Part shown: piece after piece, positions 27,795 through 36,413 of the stretch
Layout of the letters: each line of letters opens with the position of its first letter
Position numbering within the stretch: the stretch's first letter is position 1
Virus record (IMG/VR): IMGVR_UViG_3300037313_001751
Location: 1 to 64,000 of that record
DNA from: a virus
Taxonomy: Duplodnaviria; Heunggongvirae; Uroviricota; Caudoviricetes
Length of the DNA: 64,000 bases
Reading direction: 5' to 3' (one strand)
The notes under the pieces: generated by a model
Databases searched by the model: none
What the model was told of the DNA's origin: nothing
Seen by the model: the letters and a program-made list of their open reading frames with translations, nothing else
Translations under genes and position numbers: made by a program

Positions 27795-28535
27795 TTATGT
27801 GTTAGTATAATACAGGTAATCCGACATAGCCTGCTCATACTCAACGACACATGCCCGTGTATTACTGCTTATGTGCATGGCCTCAACCATTTCCTCAATG
27901 TTCAACCTGATTTCGGCAAATCTGTTTTCGTAGCCCGTATTGCCTATCATTCTAAATTCGAAATATGGATTTGCCGGAGCAGTATGGAAGCTTATCGCCC
28001 GGTACTTAGAATCAGGACTCATTTGCAGTCGCATTTGCAGGACCTTTGCCGCTTGTTTCCACGACGTTATGTGTTGTCGCTTAGTATGGCGTGTCCATTT
28101 TTTAAAATCACTATCATAGCTCTTGCAAAAGATATTTCTTTGGCGCTTGTATTGGGCGAGAAACTCGTTACACGGCGTGAAGACTATGAGCTTTACTGGA
28201 TCCACGTTTTTATTGCGCTGTATATCGATGAAGCTAAGGTTCACATGTAAGCCAGTTGTTCTGTTAGTGCGATGTCTCCTCTCTCCAATCCAACTTAGGA
28301 CTTCAGCTAGCCGCTGTAATCCATGCTTGTATGGAAGGCATGGTGTTACCAATTCGTGGCCAAAACAAAGGCGCGCCGGTTTGATCGAGCTATCAAACGC
28401 CATACGCCACCTTTCGTTCAACTTGCCGCCAAATGGCACGTTGAATGTTTTCTCTAGGTCTTCAATGATGTCTCTAGCTGTTGTGGCCGCAAAAAATTCA
28501 AACTCGAATCCAATCTGCGTTTTGTATGATTTCAT
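27795..28535 (-). CDS. hypothetical protein, possibly amidoligase (GS-like, PF12224-type) family
   Basis: 246 aa; N-terminal QIGFEFEFF resembles the amidoligase_2 opening motif; otherwise unassigned. Confidence 0.45.
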   Translation of the reverse strand: MKSYKTQIGFEFEFFAATTARDIIEDLEKTFNVPFGGKLNERWRMAFDSSIKPARLCFGHELVTPCLPYKHGLQRLAEVLSWIGERRHRTNRTTGLHVNLSFIDIQRNKNVDPVKLIVFTPCNEFLAQYKRQRNIFCKSYDSDFKKWTRHTKRQHITSWKQAAKVLQMRLQMSPDSKYRAISFHTAPANPYFEFRMIGNTGYENRFAEIRLNIEEMVEAMHISSNTRACVVEYEQAMSDYLYYTNT

Positions 28536-28595
28536 ATAACACTCCAGCTCAATGCAGGAGTAAAGTAACCACTAGGCGCTTGTCATTATTCACTC

Positions 28596-28622
28596 AAAAA
28601 AATGGGAGGTTTCCCTCCCATA
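28596..28622 (-). terminator. rho-independent terminator downstream of the S21-like gene
   Basis: Minus strand: GGGAGGGAAACCTCCC hairpin followed by TTTTTTT. Confidence 0.6.
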
Positions 28623-28859
28623 TTACCATTCCTCGGAAGCTGCAGCAGCTTTGCGCACGCGCCGTTCACCCTCCTTCTTACGCTTCCGTGCAATTTGACC
28701 TTTGCTTTCGTAATATTCTTTGCGGCGCATGTCCCTGATTATCCCTTCCTGGACCATACGTCTTTTTAAGGTTTTAATTGCCGCATCGAATGCTTTGTTC
28801 CGTGCATCGATTTTCTCGGACGGATCTACATGGTAGATCTGTTTGATATCGACTGTCAT
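28623..28859 (-). CDS. rpsU: ribosomal protein S21-like
   Basis: From internal Met MTVDIKQIY...FDAAIKTLKRRMVQEGIIRDMRRKEYYESKGQIARKRKKEGERR aligns with bacterial S21 (FD.A...FKR....G.L.E.RRRE.YEKP...RKR.K); ORF-track start 28907 is probably too far upstream. Confidence 0.7.
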   Translation of the reverse strand: MTVDIKQIYHVDPSEKIDARNKAFDAAIKTLKRRMVQEGIIRDMRRKEYYESKGQIARKRKKEGERRVRKAAAASEEW

Positions 28860-28924
28860 ACCTCTTTTATGCAGGTCGCGGCCGCAACCTGGGAAATGTT
28901 TGCGCATCCTAAAATAATCTTACC

Positions 28925-29440
28925 TTATACAGTGGTTGGTTTTAATGGTGCGACTATAGTTATCATATCGCGGCCATTCAATGTGATCGGTTTCTCTATT
29001 TTGTGTTCCCTAAGGTTTCCAAGAAAGTTTTCAAGCACAATACGTCCTCTATCGGCATAGTTCAGTTCACGACCTTTAAATTTTACAATGACTTTGACCT
29101 TATCACCATCAGTTAAGAAACCTTGTGCCTTTTTTGCTTTTAGTTCTACATCCCGTGTATCGGTAACCGGTCGCAGCTGGATTTCCTTGACATCCACCTG
29201 TGCTGCCCGTGACTTCTTTGCTATTTCCTTTTCACGTTTCTCTAGATCATAGCGAAACTTACCGTAGTTTAGTATTTTAGCAATTGGTGGAGACGCGTCT
29301 CTGATTATCACAAGGTCAAGATTTTGTTGTCTTGCTTGGTATAGTGCGTCACGCGTTGCGACAATCCTATTCTCGTCATCATCAACAAGTCTAACTTCCC
29401 GTGCTGTAATATATTCGTTAACCGAATGGTCTATTGTCAC
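28925..29440 (-). CDS. infC: translation initiation factor IF-3
   Basis: EVRLVDDDENRIVATRDALYQARQQNLDLVIIRDASPPIAKILNYGKFRY...VKEIQLRP...KVKVIVKFKGRE matches IF-3 N and C domains throughout. Confidence 0.9.
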   Translation of the reverse strand: MTIDHSVNEYITAREVRLVDDDENRIVATRDALYQARQQNLDLVIIRDASPPIAKILNYGKFRYDLEKREKEIAKKSRAAQVDVKEIQLRPVTDTRDVELKAKKAQGFLTDGDKVKVIVKFKGRELNYADRGRIVLENFLGNLREHKIEKPITLNGRDMITIVAPLKPTTV

Positions 29441-29455
29441 AAATCAACTCCAAAT

Positions 29456-30700
29456 TCAACCTGTCTTTAATAGTTCCTTATATTCCTTAATAAGGATGGG
29501 GTTCTCTAAGCCATTTATCACATCTTTGCTAATGCGAACTTTTACAACGCCTTCGTCGCGTAGTTCGGCTAAAGTGAATTGAATTGGTAATAAACGCTTC
29601 TCAAGCACACCGCGCAAACCCCGCGCACCGGTCTTACGCTCGATTGCTCGTTTGGCGACTTGGCGCAGCGCGTCGGCATCAAATTCGAGCTCGATTTTTT
29701 CTAATTGGAAAAGTTTTGCAAATTGCTTAATTAGTGCGTTCTTCGGCTCCTGGAGGACTTGGACTAGCTGGTCTTCGGTCAATTCATCAAGATGAACTAT
29801 AATCGGCAGGCGCCCAACTAATTCAGGAATAAGGCCGTATTTGACCAAATCTTCCGGTTCGACTTGAGGAAGATAATTGTTTTGCTTCTCCTCACTTACT
29901 GCCTCAAGCCGTGAGCCATATCCAATCTTATTTTTATTCTTATTGAGTCTCTCACCGATTATTTCATTTAAGCCAACAAATGCGCCTCCAACGATAAAAA
30001 GGATATTCTTCGTGTTAACAATGATGGTTTCAGCCTGTGGATGTTTGCGGTTGCCTTGCATTGGCACACGGACCTCAGTGCCTTCGATGATTTTGAGGAG
30101 CGCCTGCTGAACGCCTTCTCCAGACACGTCCCGAGTGATTGACACGTTATCGCCTCGTTTGGCTTTCTTCTCTATTTCATCGATAAAAATAATCCCTCGC
30201 TCAGCTTTCGACACATCGCCATCGGCAACTTGCACCAACCTGGTAATGATTGTTTCGACGTCATCGCCAACATAGCCGGCTTCGGTAAGAGAGGTTGCGT
30301 CAGCAATAGTGAATGGAACATCTAATAGTTTTGCTATACTTTGTGCAATCAGCGTTTTTCCAGATCCCGAAGGGCCGAGTAATACCAGATTAGACTTTTC
30401 TAGCTCCACATCGTCAATAATAGGAAATTCGAGCCGCTTGTAATGGTTGTTAATTGCAACACTCATCACCATCTTGGCTTCTTCCTGGCCAATAACATAG
30501 TCGTCCAGGAATTTCATAATTTGCTTGCAAGTTGGAACCTTGTTTTTCTTCTGTGTTACGGCACCTTCTTTAAGAATCTCTGAGCACACCTTAATGCAAT
30601 CGTCGCAAATATATACGTCAGGGCCAGCGATCAATTTTTTGACCTGCGTTTGCTGCTTAGCGCAGAACGAACAGCTCAGAGTCTTTTTTGATTCGGTCAT
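29456..30700 (-). CDS. clpX: ATP-dependent Clp protease ATPase subunit ClpX
   Basis: N-terminal zinc-binding CSFCAKQ...CDDC; Walker [11 protein letters not shown]; Walker [10 protein letters not shown]; GYVGDDVE pore loop; sensor and C-terminal ClpX regions. Confidence 0.9.
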   Translation of the reverse strand: MTESKKTLSCSFCAKQQTQVKKLIAGPDVYICDDCIKVCSEILKEGAVTQKKNKVPTCKQIMKFLDDYVIGQEEAKMVMSVAINNHYKRLEFPIIDDVELEKSNLVLLGPSGSGKTLIAQSIAKLLDVPFTIADATSLTEAGYVGDDVETIITRLVQVADGDVSKAERGIIFIDEIEKKAKRGDNVSITRDVSGEGVQQALLKIIEGTEVRVPMQGNRKHPQAETIIVNTKNILFIVGGAFVGLNEIIGERLNKNKNKIGYGSRLEAVSEEKQNNYLPQVEPEDLVKYGLIPELVGRLPIIVHLDELTEDQLVQVLQEPKNALIKQFAKLFQLEKIELEFDADALRQVAKRAIERKTGARGLRGVLEKRLLPIQFTLAELRDEGVVKVRISKDVINGLENPILIKEYKELLKTG

Positions 30701-30708
30701 TAGATATC

Positions 30709-31332
30709 CTATGACATTGGATAGTAAGTAGAACCACTAGCATCCGCCACAAAATTTACCGTGATTTTGGACTCAGCGGCTGCAATATCATCCGCAAGCG
30801 GTCCAGCATTTACTGCAATCAAACTCTCCCCATAATGATAATTCGGATCTGAGAAGGCGGTCGGGTCGATAACTGGATAATTGTCTACATTTACGTTTGC
30901 CACCAATGCGCGTGCGATCCACCGCTTTATGGCATCATCATTATAAAGCATTTCTCCTGGATTCAGTTCGTCATATGCATATAGATAGTCTGGGCGGTCA
31001 TATACAACTGTAAAATCCATTGTAGTTGCTTGCGCTGAGGCTGTCGCTCCTGTTGCAGAGACATTCTTTATTGCGAAAGGCGTCACCGTGCTTGCCAGTT
31101 GGCTAACAATTGAGTTCCACCGGATGTTGCCACGGGCTCTCGCTGCTGCGTTCGCTGCGTTGGTCGGCCATCCGCTTGACATATCATATGTGCCGCCTGA
31201 ACCTGGAGTTATATAGCTATTAGCCGGCAGATTGTCTATAAAGCCATCACCTGGTGCACTTGCTGTAACGCCAGCTATGCTGACAGTGTAAAACAAAAGA
31301 TCTTGCGACATACAGCCACCTTTCAAACACAA
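30709..31332 (-). CDS. hypothetical protein
   Basis: 207-aa ORF, Ala/Asn-rich. Confidence 0.5.
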   Translation of the reverse strand: MCLKGGCMSQDLLFYTVSIAGVTASAPGDGFIDNLPANSYITPGSGGTYDMSSGWPTNAANAAARARGNIRWNSIVSQLASTVTPFAIKNVSATGATASAQATTMDFTVVYDRPDYLYAYDELNPGEMLYNDDAIKRWIARALVANVNVDNYPVIDPTAFSDPNYHYGESLIAVNAGPLADDIAAAESKITVNFVADASGSTYYPMS

Positions 31333-31425
31333 ATATTATCAATATATTTAGTTAGCAAAGAGTTAGATTGCCAAATTTCTCCCAACGTCATAATTAACGA
31401 GTATCAGTTTTGAAATAGGAATAAG

Positions 31426-33345
31426 ATGACTACGCTCACAAAAGACGACCTTACAGACAATATTCATCAATTGGCCTATCGTGACCATGCACGGCTCAAG
31501 ACCGAAATGTACTTGGGATCACGCAGCCTGCATACCCAATCGATCCTTTGCTTGCCAGATTCTGACAGCTTGTTTATCAATATCAACGAGTCCTTTAACG
31601 CTACTGGAATGCAATTAGAGGAGATTAGTTGGGTTCAGGCCTTGGCTACTTACGTGCGTGAGATCATTGATAATGGTCTTGATGAATTTGCACACGGTTA
31701 TGGATCACGACTCGACGTTACCTACAACGCTGCAACTTGCGAAATTACCGTGAAGGATGACGGGCGAGGCATACCGATTGATCATGCAGTCGCAGCTTTA
31801 ACCCAACCTATGACTGGCCGTAATTTTGGAGAAAGAAAGGAGATTGTTGGCACAAATGGATATGGCGCATCAGCTGTTTCGAACACATCGGAATATTTCG
31901 ATTTCACAGTGTGTCAAACTGGCAAGAAACTAGAATGTTCGATTCGAGAAGGCGAGCCGAAAATAGGCGGCAAACTCGAGATCTCTGAACCTCAAGTGAC
32001 TAGCTATAGAGGCAGCCACACCGGCACGATGATTTCCTTCAAGCCCAGCAAACATGTATTTAGACATTTGACATTGCCGGACAGGTTTTTGAAAACCCGG
32101 ATGTTTGAGATTGCAGTGTGCAACCCACATTACAAAATTTATTACAATGGAGAATTGTTAAAAATTAAATCACGGATAGAAAGCTCTCTCTTTCCTAACC
32201 GAAAAACGATCCGCATAGAAGTAGTTAATTCGCCGATGAAATTTAAGAGCATCTTTTTCCTCGTGCCTAAATTTGTCGAATCAGGCGATCACTATCATAC
32301 GCTTGTTAACAACATATTCGCCCATAATGGCGGCATCCACATTGACACATTTAAGCGTGTTTTTCCAGGGTCTTTACTACGAGCATTAGAGAGGGAGTCC
32401 AAAAGGCGCAAACTGGTGCCAAACCGTTCTGATATCAGCGAAGGATTGCTTGTCTACAACATAACCACTATGCAACAGCCTGATTTTGATAGCCAGTCGA
32501 AATCACGGCTCATCAATGAGGACGCTGGCGACATCATACGTCGGTTTTTCGAAAATGACGATTTCATCAAATCCTTTATAAAGGAGAATGCCGAATGGAT
32601 TGACGAGATCTATCAACGCTGCGCAGACCGGACGCAAAGGCGTGATGCAAGTGAGCTATCGAAATTAAGCAAGAAGGTTCTTCGCAACAAAGTGCCTGGA
32701 TTGATGGATGCCACAGCTTCCCGCCGAAATGATTGCATCCTTTTCCTTGCAGAAGGTGATTCGGCCATTGGCGGCATGGCAAGTGTGCGGAATCCCGAAA
32801 TTCATGGCGGCCTTGCGTTGCGCGGCAAAATCATGAATGTAAATGGTGAAAACCCGAAGAAAGTTTTGGATAATAAATGCCTCACCGAGATTATGAATTC
32901 GATTGGCCTTGTGATTGGCCAGGAGGCTAAGCGTCATAATTTAAGATATGGCAAGGTGTACCTTGCAACCGATATGGACCATGACGGCTTCAATATTGCT
33001 GCGTTGTTGATAAACTTTTTCTACACATATTGGCCTGAATTGTTTAACCCTGAACAACCACCATTTGTCTACGTATTTCAAACGCCGTTCGTTATCGCAG
33101 AAAAAGGCCGGCACAGAAAATACTGGTACGCGCATGATTACAACGGTTTCGATCCTAAGGATTATGTTGGCTGGTCAATCACTCGGGCAAAAGGCTTGGG
33201 AACCCTCAGCGAATTAGATTGGGAACATTCGATGCATAATCCGATTTTGATGCCGATAGTTGAAGACGGTAATTTGCATGATTCTTTGGATCTGATCTTT
33301 TCGCCAAAGAAGGCCGATGCAAGGAAACAGTGGATTGGACTCTAA
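31426..33345 (+). CDS. type II DNA topoisomerase, ATPase + Toprim subunit (T4 gp39/gp60-like, GyrB/ParE-related)
   Basis: GHKL ATPase motifs (EIIDNGLDE, VKDDGRGIP, GTNGYGAS); Toprim ILFLAEGDSA...; DMDHDGFNI acidic motif. Confidence 0.85.
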   Translation: MTTLTKDDLTDNIHQLAYRDHARLKTEMYLGSRSLHTQSILCLPDSDSLFININESFNATGMQLEEISWVQALATYVREIIDNGLDEFAHGYGSRLDVTYNAATCEITVKDDGRGIPIDHAVAALTQPMTGRNFGERKEIVGTNGYGASAVSNTSEYFDFTVCQTGKKLECSIREGEPKIGGKLEISEPQVTSYRGSHTGTMISFKPSKHVFRHLTLPDRFLKTRMFEIAVCNPHYKIYYNGELLKIKSRIESSLFPNRKTIRIEVVNSPMKFKSIFFLVPKFVESGDHYHTLVNNIFAHNGGIHIDTFKRVFPGSLLRALERESKRRKLVPNRSDISEGLLVYNITTMQQPDFDSQSKSRLINEDAGDIIRRFFENDDFIKSFIKENAEWIDEIYQRCADRTQRRDASELSKLSKKVLRNKVPGLMDATASRRNDCILFLAEGDSAIGGMASVRNPEIHGGLALRGKIMNVNGENPKKVLDNKCLTEIMNSIGLVIGQEAKRHNLRYGKVYLATDMDHDGFNIAALLINFFYTYWPELFNPEQPPFVYVFQTPFVIAEKGRHRKYWYAHDYNGFDPKDYVGWSITRAKGLGTLSELDWEHSMHNPILMPIVEDGNLHDSLDLIFSPKKADARKQWIGL

Positions 33346-34711
33346 CACAATGACTTGGACAAGTATGCAACCGAGCGATTATATCCTAACAACCTCACAT
33401 GGATTTTCCGTCTACGCGTGTGAATCGCGTGCCATTCCGAAAGTAACTGATGGACTAAAAGATTCGCAGCGCAAAATGCTATGGATAATGAGGAACAAGT
33501 CCGACAAACTTAAAACAATATCTTTAGCAGGAGAGTGCATCAGTAGTAACCTATACCTTCATGGCGACCAGTCGGCATCTGACACAATTTCGATGATGGC
33601 AGCACCGTTTTGCAATAATGTTCCCTTGTTCGACGGTATCGGATCATTCGGGACGAGGACTGCGCCCACCGGCTGGGGCGCAGCACGTTATACATACGTT
33701 AAGCGCGGCAAAGCTGCTCAGCACCTCGTATACCCGGACCTTGACATTATTCCGTTAAAGGAAAATTATGATGGCTCAGCAATGGAGCCGATACATTTCT
33801 TGCCGATCATCCCGTTGGTGCTTCTAAACGGAATATCGGGGATAGCCGTTGGCTATTCAACGGACATCTTATCCCGGTCACTACAAGACCTAATTGATGC
33901 CTGCATAAGCGTCCTTGACAACAAAGTTCCAGCAAGCCTACGCCCTGCCTATACCTACCTCAATTGCTCTGTTGCTCCAATTGGCCTAAACGTATGGGAA
34001 TTTTCGGGCAAAGTAGCGATAATTGATACGTCAACAATCCGTGTTTATGAACTGCCTCCTGAACTAACACTTGAAAAATTCAAAGAGCGGCTGAATGAAT
34101 TCGAGGATAAAGGTCACATCAATAGCTATACCGACCGCTCAACTAAAGCAATCGATATAACAATCAAATTTCCTCGTGGTTCAATTAGGGATTGGACGGA
34201 TGAACAAGCTGTTGATTTCCTCAAACTAAAGCAGAAAAAAACTGAGCGAATAGTTGTTATTGATTGGAGTAATGATAGGATTCGACAATATCCATCAGCT
34301 GAACAACTTGTTGCTGATTTTGTCAACTGGCGGCTTAAATGGTACACGACACGATACGAAAGTAAGCTTAAAAGCGCTTCTTATGAACTCCAGTTTTGGC
34401 GGGGAATCAAGCTCTGCTTTGAGAAGGATATGCCGTCCCGTTTGCTGGCGCGCATTAACAAAAAAGAAGTTGAAGCTGACGTGTTCGACTTGACGAAATC
34501 ATTGGCCCTGGATGAAAAGCAGGTTGAACGGATTGCTGCGTTACCAACGTATCGCTGGTCACGAGAGGGTTTGGAGTTGGCCGAAGTAACTATTGATGAA
34601 CTCCAGCGCAACACTGCTGAATACAACTTGATTTTGTCTGACGAAAAGGCCATTAGGTCCATCTACAAGAAGGAACTAATGGCCCTTAAAAAGGTAAAGC
34701 TAGCTACCTAG
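33317..34711 (+). CDS. type II DNA topoisomerase, DNA breakage-reunion subunit (T4 gp52-like, GyrA-N-related)
   Basis: ESRAIPKVTDGLKDSQRKMLWIM (GyrA RALPDVRDGLKPVHRR pattern); active-site region GAARYTYVK; overlaps upstream subunit by 29 nt. Confidence 0.85.
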   Translation: MQGNSGLDSNTMTWTSMQPSDYILTTSHGFSVYACESRAIPKVTDGLKDSQRKMLWIMRNKSDKLKTISLAGECISSNLYLHGDQSASDTISMMAAPFCNNVPLFDGIGSFGTRTAPTGWGAARYTYVKRGKAAQHLVYPDLDIIPLKENYDGSAMEPIHFLPIIPLVLLNGISGIAVGYSTDILSRSLQDLIDACISVLDNKVPASLRPAYTYLNCSVAPIGLNVWEFSGKVAIIDTSTIRVYELPPELTLEKFKERLNEFEDKGHINSYTDRSTKAIDITIKFPRGSIRDWTDEQAVDFLKLKQKKTERIVVIDWSNDRIRQYPSAEQLVADFVNWRLKWYTTRYESKLKSASYELQFWRGIKLCFEKDMPSRLLARINKKEVEADVFDLTKSLALDEKQVERIAALPTYRWSREGLELAEVTIDELQRNTAEYNLILSDEKAIRSIYKKELMALKKVKLAT

Positions 34712-36410
34712 TTGCAAACACGCAGAATGATGCGCCATTCTGATGATGCGGTTCGTCCAAAAATACATCGGTACTGAACCCCTCATCAGATAGGATGTTG
34801 AGGATATCTTCCTTCCTCAACCATTTGCTGCCCTCTGCAGAGCCGCCGCAAAATCCAGCCCATTCCAGGGCATGCAGGTACTGTTGACCATACATGGCAA
34901 CTGTTCTACCATGTCTTGTAGTTACTTGTTCAGGCGAAAAATTAAACTTATTCCGTTGCTCGTGCTGCTCCATTACAGCGGGATCGAAATAGTGGGTCCA
35001 CAACCCTATAGCGCGCGCAACCCTACACATATTTTGCAGGACAGACACGGGATCCGTCATATGGTACAACACCCCAGACGCTAGCAGGAAATCATAATGG
35101 CTGGTGGGGTTTTCGAGATATTTGGTGAAGTCGCCGAGCAAAAATGTTGCCCCGTCGAGTTTTAGATGATTCTTTACGACCAAACAGCGTTGCCAGGCTC
35201 TCACATTTGACTCGATGCCAAGCACGCGTGCGCCACGTTGTGTCATCATATATGTGTGCCCAGCCTCAAGTGGGCCTAGTTCTAACACATGTTTGCCAAC
35301 AAAGCCACCAAGCCGCTTCTCGAAACCAATAATCCTTTGGTCATTGAAAAGTTCAGCATAGCCGGTATCAGCTAGTCCTGGAACCTTAGAACTCCACTCG
35401 CCTTCAAAGACACGAACTGCATTTTGTGGCGCTGGCTTCCAATCAACATATCTGGGAATTGCCGGTGCTTTTTCAATTTGTGGCTTCGGTAATGTCACTG
35501 GCTCGTCGAGAACATGTTGTTCAATATCGAGGAGAGTCGGCTCACCGGCGAGAAGCCAGTCTATTTGTGCCTTCTGCTCTAACAGCGTGCGTTTTAAAAG
35601 ACGCATTCGCCTTCTATTGAACTGGTCGTCCGAATAAGCTTGTGCAATGCGCTTTCCTCCTCGCCTAAGCCACACGTAGAATTCACAACCAGTTGCATCA
35701 GTGGACCGATCAACCCTCAGGTCGATTTTTCCGAGGCGCGATAGCTCTAACACTATAAGTTCGAACGATGCCGGTGTGAAATGCCATGCATGTAAGTCGT
35801 GATATTGATCGTCATTTGCATAAAGGGCGAGTTTTTCTGCTGCTTCGCCAAAAGTATGGATGAAATTAAGTGATTGTGTTGGCCATTGACCCCACGTAAT
35901 GCTGCCTCCGCTTGCTACAGCGTATCCATAATGCTGGAAAGCTGCACTTGGGTTGTGGCGCGACGACCCCTCAGCCCTAAGCACATCGCCAGTAGTGGTA
36001 ATAGGTTGGAATGCATCGAAGATATAGCGTTTATCGGGAACAGCAAGGATTACGGTGCCATCTTCTTTTAGCAACTGACCAGCACTGTTAAAAAACCCGA
36101 TCAAATCGGTTACATGTTCAATGACATGACTGGCGATAAAAGCATCAAACTGTCCATGCAGCTCTACCGGCACTACGTCGCATATCGCACCCTGTTGCCA
36201 AACGTAATCAACATCCTCGATGTTCGAAACATCAACATTCGCGTGGCCGGCATATTTTTCGATGAGTCCATTCCGATCTGTGTGATCAACAACCTTCGTA
36301 TTCCAGCCGTCGCGTTTTGGAGCGATCGGACTTGTGCTTGGGCCGATTTCGAGGAGCAGCGCCGCGTCGCGATGTAAACGTGACAGCAATGTATCTGCGC
36401 GTGATGACAT
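34704..36410 (-). CDS. tandem class I SAM-dependent methyltransferase-domain protein
   Basis: 568 aa; two Rossmann MTase-like regions (…AFIASHVIEHVTD…DGTVILAVPD and …VLELGPLEAGHTYMM…DFLLASGVLYHMTDPVS). Confidence 0.65.
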   Translation of the reverse strand: MSSRADTLLSRLHRDAALLLEIGPSTSPIAPKRDGWNTKVVDHTDRNGLIEKYAGHANVDVSNIEDVDYVWQQGAICDVVPVELHGQFDAFIASHVIEHVTDLIGFFNSAGQLLKEDGTVILAVPDKRYIFDAFQPITTTGDVLRAEGSSRHNPSAAFQHYGYAVASGGSITWGQWPTQSLNFIHTFGEAAEKLALYANDDQYHDLHAWHFTPASFELIVLELSRLGKIDLRVDRSTDATGCEFYVWLRRGGKRIAQAYSDDQFNRRRMRLLKRTLLEQKAQIDWLLAGEPTLLDIEQHVLDEPVTLPKPQIEKAPAIPRYVDWKPAPQNAVRVFEGEWSSKVPGLADTGYAELFNDQRIIGFEKRLGGFVGKHVLELGPLEAGHTYMMTQRGARVLGIESNVRAWQRCLVVKNHLKLDGATFLLGDFTKYLENPTSHYDFLLASGVLYHMTDPVSVLQNMCRVARAIGLWTHYFDPAVMEQHEQRNKFNFSPEQVTTRHGRTVAMYGQQYLHALEWAGFCGGSAEGSKWLRKEDILNILSDEGFSTDVFLDEPHHQNGASFCVFATR

Positions 36411-36413
36411 CCC

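Noticed and set aside
28481-28738. 85-aa plus-strand ORF spanning the S21 terminator region
   Set aside because: It crosses a strong terminator hairpin and lies antisense to the S21-like gene.
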